Shown: in pieces, positions 17,991-24,897 of the stretch
Position numbering within the stretch: position 1 is the first letter of the stretch
Layout: the number at the start of each line of letters is the position of its first letter
IMG/VR virus record: IMGVR_UViG_2547132278_000021
Span: 1-24,897 of that record
Reading direction: 5' to 3' (one strand)
Length of the DNA: 24,897 bases
Origin: a virus
Taxonomy: Duplodnaviria; Heunggongvirae; Uroviricota; Caudoviricetes
Translations under genes and position numbers: made by a program
The notes under the pieces: generated by a model
The model's input: only the letters and a program-made list of their open reading frames with translations
What the model was told of the DNA's origin: nothing
Databases searched by the model: none

Positions 17991-18053
17991 TCACCCATAA
18001 GGTAACAAAAATCAAGGATAGTTACCTATGAGGTGCATTTACCTGTTGGGTAA
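17991..18053. promoter_or_regulatory. Immunity-region operator cluster (OR-like): TCACC-CATAA-GGTAA (17991-18005), TTACC-TATGA-GGTGC (18022-18036), TTACC-TGTTG-GGTAA (18039-18053)
   Basis: Three dyads in the 154-bp divergent intergenic region between the cro-like and repressor genes. Candidate cro promoter hexamers TTGTTA/TATTAT overlap the first site. Confidence 0.65.
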
Positions 18054-18108
18054 TATTGCTTTAAATTGAATCATCTACTGATTCATATATGAGGCGATTT
18101 TCCAGAAA

Positions 18109-18693
18109 ATGAAAAGTATCCAGGACGTCCGCAGGCAAAATCTCAACGACTTGATCGACCGTGAATTCAATGGTGTTCAGACGCGGATGGCAGAAAAACT
18201 TGGAACTCAGGCAAATCTGGTAAACCGCTGGGCTCTTGGCAAGAAGGTTATCGGCGACCAGGTTGCGCGAAAAATTGAAGCTGCCGCCAATAAACCACGT
18301 AACTGGCTTGATATCGATCGCTCGCTTTCTCAAGAAGGTTTTCAGCCTGTCGGCCCGAGTGATATAGGTCAGCTGGCTGCTCACAACCTGGAACGCTGGA
18401 TGAGCGAAAGCCGCGACCTTTCAACGCAGGGAAAACTACACCGCGCATCCGGCGTCGCCCAGGTGACAATCAGCCGCCTGTTAAACAATGAGGTCAGCGT
18501 TTCCATTTCCACCCTGGAGAATGTTGCATCCGCATTCGGGCGTCATGGCTATGAATTACTGATTCACCCGCACGACCCTGCGACTATCAACTATGACCGC
18601 TCGCGCTACGCATTGTTACCCGAAACCGAGAAAGCAAAGATCGAAAGTTACATTGAATTTGTCATCAACCAGAACGAAAAAAGCAAACAATAA
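18109..18693 (+). CDS. Phage immunity repressor candidate: tandem double-HTH (XRE-type) protein with no LexA/S24-like cleavage domain (194 aa)
   Basis: Two HTH-like segments (TRMAEKLGTQANLVNRWALGKK and LHRASGVAQVTISRLLNNEV); divergent from the early-right operon; followed by a strong terminator. Confidence 0.65.
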   Translation: MKSIQDVRRQNLNDLIDREFNGVQTRMAEKLGTQANLVNRWALGKKVIGDQVARKIEAAANKPRNWLDIDRSLSQEGFQPVGPSDIGQLAAHNLERWMSESRDLSTQGKLHRASGVAQVTISRLLNNEVSVSISTLENVASAFGRHGYELLIHPHDPATINYDRSRYALLPETEKAKIESYIEFVINQNEKSKQ

Positions 18694-18713
18694 AACTATA
18701 GTTTTCAGCAAGT

Positions 18714-18739
18714 AAGCCGCCTCATGGCGGCTTTTTTAT
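18714..18739 (+). terminator. Intrinsic terminator after the repressor gene
   Basis: GCCGCC-TCAT-GGCGGC followed by TTTTTT. Confidence 0.7.
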
Positions 18740-18750
18740 TGCCGAAAAGA

Positions 18751-18827
18751 TTACCTTGCAGGTAATTTTTTTAACTCATATCTATTGACATCAAACCAGA
18801 TACGCATAATTATTACCCCAACGGTAA
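18751..18827 (+). promoter_or_regulatory. pL-like promoter-operator cassette: operators TTACC-TTGCA-GGTAA (18751-18765) and TTACC-CCAAC-GGTAA (18813-18827) flanking -35 TTGACA (18785-18790) and -10 AATTAT (18808-18813)
   Basis: Consensus -35, 17-bp spacer; the proximal operator begins at the last base of the -10; operator centres 62 bp apart. Confidence 0.65.
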
Positions 18828-18846
18828 CAAGCCGAGGTAACAAGTT

Positions 18847-19008
18847 ATGCAGTGGAAAATCATCAACGGTTGGTACTGCGTTACTGCATGCGGATTCATG
18901 AGCTGGAAGTTCCGCACCTTACAGGAAGGCATTAAGTGGGCTTTCGTCAGCAAAGAAGCTCGCGATGTGGCCAACGATAACGAGATATGGGAGGAGGTTA
19001 GCAAATGA
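18847..19008 (+). CDS. Small Trp-rich protein (53 aa), first gene of the early-left operon; not in the ORF track
   Basis: ATG 18847 with GAGGT Shine-Dalgarno 8 nt upstream; stop TGA overlaps the next gene's ATG (ATGA). Translation MQWKIINGWYCVTACGFMSWKFRTLQEGIKWAFVSKEARDVANDNEIWEEVSK. Confidence 0.5.
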   Translation: MQWKIINGWYCVTACGFMSWKFRTLQEGIKWAFVSKEARDVANDNEIWEEVSK

Positions 19009-20039
19009 GTGAATTATCAATCATCGAAATCACACCAGACATGGCACCAAGAATTTACGTTGAAAAAGGGCTGGAAAAGTTTCTCGAGCAGATCCGTGAA
19101 GGTGTTAATGAAGTGCCTGACATTAGCACAGACAAAGGCAGAAAGCGCATTGCATCTCTGGCTGCGAAGGTTTCAAGAAGTAAAACAGCGGTAGAAAAAC
19201 CAGGACGTGATTATCTTAAACGCCTGAAAGAACAGCCGAAAGTAGTTGAAGCAGAGTTACGACGCTTCGTAACCGAATGCGATCGGCTTCGTGATGAAGT
19301 ACGCCGCCCACTCACCGAGTGGGAAAATGCTGAGAAATTACGCACTGAAGCACTGCAACAACGCCTGACAAATTTGCGAGCACTAGCTGACGTGATCGAT
19401 CTCTCCGGAAACTACTTGCCATCATCTGACATTCAGGAACGAATTCAAGAGGCTAAATCAGTAGCACTTGATGAAAGTTGGCAGGAGTACGCAGCAGAAG
19501 CTGGAGTAGCCAAGGATTCAACCATCCAGAAACTGGAAGAATCACTCGCAGTAGCTCAAAAACGCGAGCATGAAGCCGCTGAGCTGGAGCGACTTCGCAA
19601 AGAAGCGGAGGAAAAAGCGCGCATTGAGCGAGAAGAGAATATCCGCCGGGAAGCTGCTGAACAGGCCAGGCTCGAAGCTGAACAAAAAGCGAAAGCTGAA
19701 ATTGAGGCTGCGGCACGCCTGGCGGCGGAAGAAAAAGCACGTGCTGAAGTAGCAGAACGTCAGCGAATTGAAGCAGAGCAGCGTGCACGACGCCAAAAAG
19801 AAGAAGCCGTTGCCGAGGAACGCCGACGCCAAGAGGCGGCAGAAAAAGCCCGCCTTGACGAACAGAAGCGTATCGCCGACGAAGAAGCGCGCCGAGCTGC
19901 AGATAAAGAGCATCGCCGTACCGTTAACCGCAGAGTAATCGCAGATCTGATAGCCCAAGGCATACCCGAAGAATTCGCGCAGAAAGCAATGTTGGCTATC
20001 GCTGGCGGCAAAGTGCAGGACGCGTATATCAAATATTGA
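19005..20039 (+). CDS. Hypothetical coiled-coil protein (344 aa) of the early/recombination operon
   Basis: Strong GGAGGAGG Shine-Dalgarno; ~110-aa N-terminal domain, long E/A/R/K-rich heptad region, short C-terminal domain. Confidence 0.6.
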   Translation: MSELSIIEITPDMAPRIYVEKGLEKFLEQIREGVNEVPDISTDKGRKRIASLAAKVSRSKTAVEKPGRDYLKRLKEQPKVVEAELRRFVTECDRLRDEVRRPLTEWENAEKLRTEALQQRLTNLRALADVIDLSGNYLPSSDIQERIQEAKSVALDESWQEYAAEAGVAKDSTIQKLEESLAVAQKREHEAAELERLRKEAEEKARIEREENIRREAAEQARLEAEQKAKAEIEAAARLAAEEKARAEVAERQRIEAEQRARRQKEEAVAEERRRQEAAEKARLDEQKRIADEEARRAADKEHRRTVNRRVIADLIAQGIPEEFAQKAMLAIAGGKVQDAYIKY

Positions 20040-20046
20040 GGTGGGT

Positions 20047-20346
20047 ATGAACGTTAATCAGCAGAAAAATCTTCAAAAAATCATGCTGGCATTCGACAAG
20101 GACTACCGCCTGTCAGAACAGCTATATGACCGACAAGTTGAACTGATCGATAGCATCCGGCTTCATCAACTGGCCTCAACTTTTGACGCTGTAACAGGCA
20201 AAGGAGTTCGCCAGGAAGTGCTGGAGGCAGCTAAAGACAGCCCTGAGTTCGAAGAACTGATGGATGCCTACCGGCGCGAGGCAATGGCAATTATCGCCCG
20301 CTGGGATCTGGCGGATCGGATTGATGGGCAGAGGGAAGCGGCATGA
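20047..20346 (+). CDS. Hypothetical protein (99 aa from ATG 20047)
   Basis: ATG follows GAGGTGGGT; stop overlaps the RecE-like start (ATGA). Track start 20041 is a GTG. Confidence 0.5.
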   Translation: MNVNQQKNLQKIMLAFDKDYRLSEQLYDRQVELIDSIRLHQLASTFDAVTGKGVRQEVLEAAKDSPEFEELMDAYRREAMAIIARWDLADRIDGQREAA

Positions 20347-21164
20347 AACCGGGAATTTATTTCGACATCAGCAACGAAGACTACCACGCCGGTGACGGCG
20401 TGAGTAAGTCGCAACTGGACATGGTTGCCAAGAATCCGGCGCTTCTTAAATGGGTTCAGGCAGCACCAGAAGACGAAGAGAAAAAGTCTGCACTGGATAT
20501 GGGAACCGCATTGCACTGTCTGCTTCTGGAGCCTGGAGAATTCGACAAACGCTTCATTGTTTCACCGAAGTTCGATCGTCGGACGAAACAAGGTAAAGCT
20601 GACGAAGAAGCATTTCTTCGTGATGTAGCGGATATGGGGATTACGGTACTTGATGCCGAGCAGTGGCGGAAACTGGAGCTGATGCGTGATAGCGCAATGG
20701 CTCACCCGGCGGCACGCTGGATGCTGGAAGCACCTGGTTACTGCGAAGCATCAATGTACTGGAATGATGAAGAGACTGGTGAGTTGTGCCGCATTCGTCC
20801 AGACAAATGGCTGAACGAGCACAACGTGATCGTCGACGTGAAAAAGGTTGCAGATATGGACCGTTTTGCACGCCACATCGAGGAATTCCGCTACCACGTG
20901 CAGGACGCAATGTACCGCGAAGGCGCAATGAGGGTTACTGGTCAGCCGCATGGTTTTTTCTTTCTTGCCGTGAGCGAAAGCATTGATTGTGGTCGGTATC
21001 CGGTACGCGTGTTCGAGCTGGATGCGCAGGATGTCGATGCCGGGCACGCTCTGTTCCGCCGGGATCTGAATACCTATCACGAATGCCGCATCAATGATGA
21101 ATGGGGCGGTGTGGAAATCATTAAACGCCCTGAGTGGGCACGCAAACAGGATATGTACATATGA
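20343..21164 (+). CDS. RecE-like exonuclease (exonuclease VIII C-terminal-domain type, PD-(D/E)XK), 273 aa
   Basis: N-terminus MKPGIYFDISNEDYHAGDGVSKSQL and nuclease motifs ...RIRPDKW...IVDVKKV; immediately upstream of and coupled to recT. Confidence 0.65.
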   Translation: MKPGIYFDISNEDYHAGDGVSKSQLDMVAKNPALLKWVQAAPEDEEKKSALDMGTALHCLLLEPGEFDKRFIVSPKFDRRTKQGKADEEAFLRDVADMGITVLDAEQWRKLELMRDSAMAHPAARWMLEAPGYCEASMYWNDEETGELCRIRPDKWLNEHNVIVDVKKVADMDRFARHIEEFRYHVQDAMYREGAMRVTGQPHGFFFLAVSESIDCGRYPVRVFELDAQDVDAGHALFRRDLNTYHECRINDEWGGVEIIKRPEWARKQDMYI

Positions 21165-22102
21165 GCAACGACATCGCAAACATCAACGCACCAGTAGACA
21201 CAGCAATCGCTGGAACTGCTGCAACTATTTTCAGCCCAGACGGCTTGAACCAACTGATGAAATTCGCCGAGGTAATGGCGCAAAGCCGCGTAACGGTACC
21301 GGCGCACCTCGCCGGGAAACCAGCTGATTGCATGGCCGTGGCAATGCAGGCTGCGCAGTGGGGAATGAACCCGTTTGCCGTGGCTCAGAAAACCCATGTT
21401 GTGAACGGCACGCTAGGTTATGAAGCCCAATTAGTAAACGCAGTTATCTCAACGATGTCGCCAACAAAAGATCGCATCAACTACGAGTGGTTCGGGCCGT
21501 GGGAACGAGTGATCGGTAAGTTTGTTGAGAAAACATCCAAAAACGGCAATCCATATATCGCACCAGGCTGGACTCTAAAAGACGAAGAAGGCTGCGGTGT
21601 TCGCGTATGGGCAACCATGAAGGGCGAGGATCAACCTCGAGTGCTTGAGTTAATGCTGTCTCAAGCACAGGTAAGAAACTCCACACTTTGGGCCAGTGAT
21701 CCGAAACAACAACTCGCATACCTTGCGACAAAACGCTGGTCTCGCCTGCACTGTCCTGACGTAATCATGGGCGTCTACACCCCAGACGAATTACAGGAAA
21801 CGGCACCGCGCGTTGAGCGAGACATTACTCCGCAAACGACCACTGCTGCGGGAATGAACAGTCTGATCAACGCTAAACCAGCGAAAAAGCCTGATGAGCA
21901 AACGCGTAAATCGGACGGCCGTGATCCAGAAGAAATGCTGATGGCCTTTACCAGCGCAGCGATGAATTACAGCACTGTCTCCGAACTGGATAAGGCTTAC
22001 AAATACATTGCACAAAAACTTTCAGATGATGACGAACTGCTGACAAAAGCCACCGACGTTTACAGCGTTCGTCGGGAAGAATTAAACGAAACATCTATGT
22101 AA
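21161..22102 (+). CDS. recT: RecT-family single-strand annealing recombinase (313 aa from ATG 21161)
   Basis: Conserved region CMAVAMQAAQWGMNPFAVAQKTHVVNGTLGYEAQL. ATG 21161 overlaps the RecE-like TGA; the track's earlier start 21134 lies inside the upstream gene. Confidence 0.75.
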   Translation: MSNDIANINAPVDTAIAGTAATIFSPDGLNQLMKFAEVMAQSRVTVPAHLAGKPADCMAVAMQAAQWGMNPFAVAQKTHVVNGTLGYEAQLVNAVISTMSPTKDRINYEWFGPWERVIGKFVEKTSKNGNPYIAPGWTLKDEEGCGVRVWATMKGEDQPRVLELMLSQAQVRNSTLWASDPKQQLAYLATKRWSRLHCPDVIMGVYTPDELQETAPRVERDITPQTTTAAGMNSLINAKPAKKPDEQTRKSDGRDPEEMLMAFTSAAMNYSTVSELDKAYKYIAQKLSDDDELLTKATDVYSVRREELNETSM

Positions 22103-22151
22103 CCACCACCGCGGCGCCACACGCGCCGCACTGCAACCAAGAGAGGTATTT

Positions 22152-22400
22152 ATGAAAGGTGCATTAGGTAAGAAGGAACTCCTGGCGGTGGTGCCACTGT
22201 CATGGAGCACTATCGACCGTATGGAGCGCGCAGGGGAATTTCCTAAACGCTGGTATATCACCGATAAACGCTGCGCATGGAACCGTGACGAAGTTGAGCG
22301 TTGGCTTGATGAACGTCAAGCAGCAAGCCCGGCAGAGTTCCAGGGTAAAAAACCTCCTGTTCAGCAACGTGTATATCGTCCCGTGAGCAACGCTGCATGA
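22152..22400 (+). CDS. AlpA/Xis-family DNA-binding protein (putative excisionase), 82 aa
   Basis: LLAVVPLSWSTIDRMERAGEFPKRWYITDKRCAWNRDEVERWL fits the AlpA/MerR-type excisionase pattern; GAGG Shine-Dalgarno. Confidence 0.65.
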   Translation: MKGALGKKELLAVVPLSWSTIDRMERAGEFPKRWYITDKRCAWNRDEVERWLDERQAASPAEFQGKKPPVQQRVYRPVSNAA

Positions 22401-22509
22401 GTGCGCTGCTAAGGCACTGGAGCAAATGGTCAGGATGGTACTTATTCCTGGCCTCTGTTTCAGCATGGCTTTATCTGCTGGCATTAATTTTCAGAGAGGG
22501 TTGGATTAA

Positions 22510-22809
22510 GTGAGAAAGTTAAGCCGACTTGAAAAATATCACATGAACAAGGTTTCAATGCGCAGCCCTTCAAAGGTTGTTGCCGTTACTCCTGCGGCGA
22601 TAGAGATCGAAAAACGCGCGATTGAAAGAGAGAAAAAAGGGCAGTTCCGCATTGCCGCCCACCTTTGGCTTCAGTGTATGGATGTTGCTTCTGGTGATGT
22701 TGAGCGTGCAAGGATCGCGGTTCGCAGGGACCAATGTATCACAAAAGGTAACGGCCTTCGCCGTGGCGACTATAGCGGAATAGGATGTTGCGGGGTGGTT
22801 TATGACTAA
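22510..22809 (+). CDS. ANR-like small regulator (start uncertain: GTG 22510, ATG 22543 or ATG 22558)
   Basis: Pattern G.F..AA.LW.......E.AR..A.RRD.C resembles small ANR-family proteins (from memory); 3' end overlaps the MT-A70 start. Confidence 0.4.
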   Translation: MRKLSRLEKYHMNKVSMRSPSKVVAVTPAAIEIEKRAIEREKKGQFRIAAHLWLQCMDVASGDVERARIAVRRDQCITKGNGLRRGDYSGIGCCGVVYD

Positions 22810-23452
22810 GAAATACACGCTAATATATGCAGATCCACCCTGGGTATACCGGGACAAAGCCGCAGATGGTAATCGCGGTGCCGGTTTTAAATATCCGGTT
22901 ATGAGTGTGCTGGATATCTGCCGCCTTCCTGTGTGGGATTTGGCCGATGAAAACTGTCTGTTGGCCATGTGGTGGGTGCCAACACAACCACTCGAAGCAC
23001 TAAAAGTTGTTGAAGCCTGGGGATTCCGTCTTATGACCATGAAGGGCTTCACGTGGATAAAATGTGGTAGTCGGCAACCAGATAAACTGGTTATGGGTAT
23101 GGGACACATGACTCGCGCCAATAGTGAAGATTGCCTGTTTGCGGTAAAGGGAAAACTACCTCCGCGCATTAATGCAGGTATCGTTCAGTCATTTACCGCA
23201 CCGCGGCTTGAGCATTCAAGAAAACCAGATGTCGTTCGTGAAAAACTTGTGCAATTGTTAGGCGATGTTTCTCGCATTGAACTGTTCGCCCGCCAGTCGT
23301 CTCATGGCTTCGATGTTTGGGGTAATCAGTGCGAAGACCCAGCAGTGCAACTACACCCTGGATACGCGTTGGATATTGGCGGGTTAACAAATGCATTCAG
23401 AAATGCTCCGCTGTCACCAACAGACAACCAGGGGCGGGAGCGTGCAGCATGA
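22802..23452 (+). CDS. MT-A70-family adenine methyltransferase (216 aa)
   Basis: N-terminal LIYADPPWVY catalytic DPPW motif typical of MT-A70-like phage methyltransferases. Confidence 0.75.
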   Translation: MTKKYTLIYADPPWVYRDKAADGNRGAGFKYPVMSVLDICRLPVWDLADENCLLAMWWVPTQPLEALKVVEAWGFRLMTMKGFTWIKCGSRQPDKLVMGMGHMTRANSEDCLFAVKGKLPPRINAGIVQSFTAPRLEHSRKPDVVREKLVQLLGDVSRIELFARQSSHGFDVWGNQCEDPAVQLHPGYALDIGGLTNAFRNAPLSPTDNQGRERAA

Positions 23453-23643
23453 ACAGGGCATCACCAGCAGATTTAAGGAAATGCCTTGAAACTGCAAACA
23501 TGCTTGCACAAAGCGGGATCAGGTTTGTTCCAGTTCCCGCTGTCACTGATGCTGAATTTGCAACGCTGTCAGCAATATTCCAAGACAAAATTGAATCACT
23601 GGCAGCAGAAGCCGAGATGGAAGAAAATCAGCAGAATAATTAA
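23449..23643 (+). CDS. Small phage protein, DUF1382-like (64 aa from ATG 23449)
   Basis: ATG 23449 overlaps the MT-A70 TGA (ATGA). Translation MNRASPADLRKCLETANMLAQSGIRFVPVPAVTDAEF...; track start 23329 lies inside the methyltransferase gene. Confidence 0.5.
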   Translation: MNRASPADLRKCLETANMLAQSGIRFVPVPAVTDAEFATLSAIFQDKIESLAAEAEMEENQQNN

Positions 23644-23646
23644 ACG

Positions 23647-24897
23647 TTATTCCCCCGCCATCCATTTCTCAAACTTCGACGGGGAGAACGGAATCAGATC
23701 CGTATGCTCCCCGTCAATCCAAGAATCAATCATATCGGCCCACTGCTGCAACATGTAGGCGCGCTGTCTGGCGTATTCCGCTTTGTTATATACGGCGCGC
23801 ACACCTTTCTGCTCATGTGCCAGAGCCTTTTCAATCCAGTCTGAAGGATAACCAGCCTCATGCAACAACGTACTGGCTGTACGGCGCATATCGTGTACGG
23901 TGAAGTCCTGAATATGCTCACCATCTTCATTTATTATTTTCACCGTTCTGTCGATCAGAGAGTTCAGTGCGGCATTAGATAATGGCTTCCTGAAATTGTA
24001 ACGACCAGGAACCAGGTATTCACTTCCACCAGCGCACATCTGCAACCCGACCAATATATCCTGTGCCTGTTTAGGCAGGTAAATAACGTGCGCCCGACTT
24101 CCCTTCATGCGGTCTGAAGGAATTGTCCATGTCCATTTTTTAAAATCTATTTCATCCCACGTTGCATTGGTGAATTCGCCTTTACGAACCATAGTGATAA
24201 GCACCAGCTTTAAAGCCATTTTCATAGTGCCCATAGCACCAATGGCATCCAGCATGCGGAAGAACAGGCCAATTTCTTCTGGTGTCAGTGTTCGCTCTCG
24301 TGGTTTAAATATGGCGATAGACGAAGGTTTAATGTCAGCCGCAGGATTAAACAAACCATGACCACGGTCATTGGCGTGACGGTATACGCTGCTGATGATC
24401 TCCCTGGCCTGCACTGCTGTTGCCCGGCCACCGCGTTCGACAATCCGGTCACACAAATCACGAACCATCGATGTGGTAATTTCAGCCATCATTTTGTTGC
24501 CAAGAACCGGAAGTATGTCACGGTCGATCACCGCCTGCTTCATTGCGCGGGTACTGTCAGCCAGGATGACGTGTTTCATATAACTGTCGGTATGTACCGC
24601 AAACGTCTCGGCACCACGAATCTTTTTGATACCGTCACGTTTAGCCGCAGCCGGTGATTGGCCTGCTTTAAGCAGCTTTTTTGCAGCAATCAGTTCTTCT
24701 CGCGCTTCTGCCAGGCTGATACCGTCACGCCCATACTGCCCGATTACCAGTGTTTCGCGGCGACCGTTGATACGGTAGTCATAGCGAAACGAGACCGTGC
24801 CTGACGTAAGCACAGCTACATACAGCCCGTCACGATCGGAAACTTTGTACAGTTTGTCCTGTGGCTTGAGGTTCTTTAATTTTGTATCGGTAAGCAC
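23647..24897 (-). CDS. int: Tyrosine integrase (P4-type), 416 aa; start codon at the window edge
   Basis: N-terminus MLTDTKLKNLKPQDKLYKVSDRDGLYVAVLTSG is a classic phage integrase arm-binding domain; C-terminal ...HDMRRTASTLLHEAG...AHEQKGVRAVYNKAEY holds catalytic H/R/Y. The first codon (24895-24897) is GTG; att is expected just beyond the window. Confidence 0.85.
   Translation of the reverse strand: MLTDTKLKNLKPQDKLYKVSDRDGLYVAVLTSGTVSFRYDYRINGRRETLVIGQYGRDGISLAEAREELIAAKKLLKAGQSPAAAKRDGIKKIRGAETFAVHTDSYMKHVILADSTRAMKQAVIDRDILPVLGNKMMAEITTSMVRDLCDRIVERGGRATAVQAREIISSVYRHANDRGHGLFNPAADIKPSSIAIFKPRERTLTPEEIGLFFRMLDAIGAMGTMKMALKLVLITMVRKGEFTNATWDEIDFKKWTWTIPSDRMKGSRAHVIYLPKQAQDILVGLQMCAGGSEYLVPGRYNFRKPLSNAALNSLIDRTVKIINEDGEHIQDFTVHDMRRTASTLLHEAGYPSDWIEKALAHEQKGVRAVYNKAEYARQRAYMLQQWADMIDSWIDGEHTDLIPFSPSKFEKWMAGE

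Noticed and set aside
19453-20032. Minus-strand track ORFs antisense to the 344-aa coiled-coil gene (19453..19788, 19542..19958, 19760..20032)
   Set aside because: Low-complexity reverse-frame artefacts of the repetitive coiled-coil coding sequence.

Overview
The window is most of a temperate, lambdoid-regulated enterobacterial prophage, bounded on the left by the 3' end of an IS21-family element (1..~300) and on the right by a tyrosine integrase whose start codon sits at the window edge (23647..24897, minus). From right to left it carries: an accessory block (DUF1382-like, MT-A70 methyltransferase, ANR-like, AlpA/Xis-like), a RecT/RecE-like recombination module, an early-left operon, a tandem-HTH immunity repressor (18109..18693) with divergent operators, then on the minus strand a Cro/CII-like gene, lambda O- and P-like replication genes with in-gene iterons, a nin-like region with a Dam-like methyltransferase, small and large terminase, and a compact podovirus-style head/tail module (portal, scaffold, capsid, four small virion proteins, 823-aa tail protein). 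A plus-strand island with a tRNA-Arg(UCU) and a frameshifted Gp49-like gene sits between terminase and portal. No tail-fibre, lysis, N-like or Q-like gene is recognisable, and the structural operon ends in a 54-aa stub beside the IS, so the prophage is probably truncated and defective. The most notable signal is a recurrent TTACC-N5-GGTAA operator motif organised into conserved promoter-operator cassettes, which I could not tie to any single described system. All family names are from motif recognition by eye; no database search was run.
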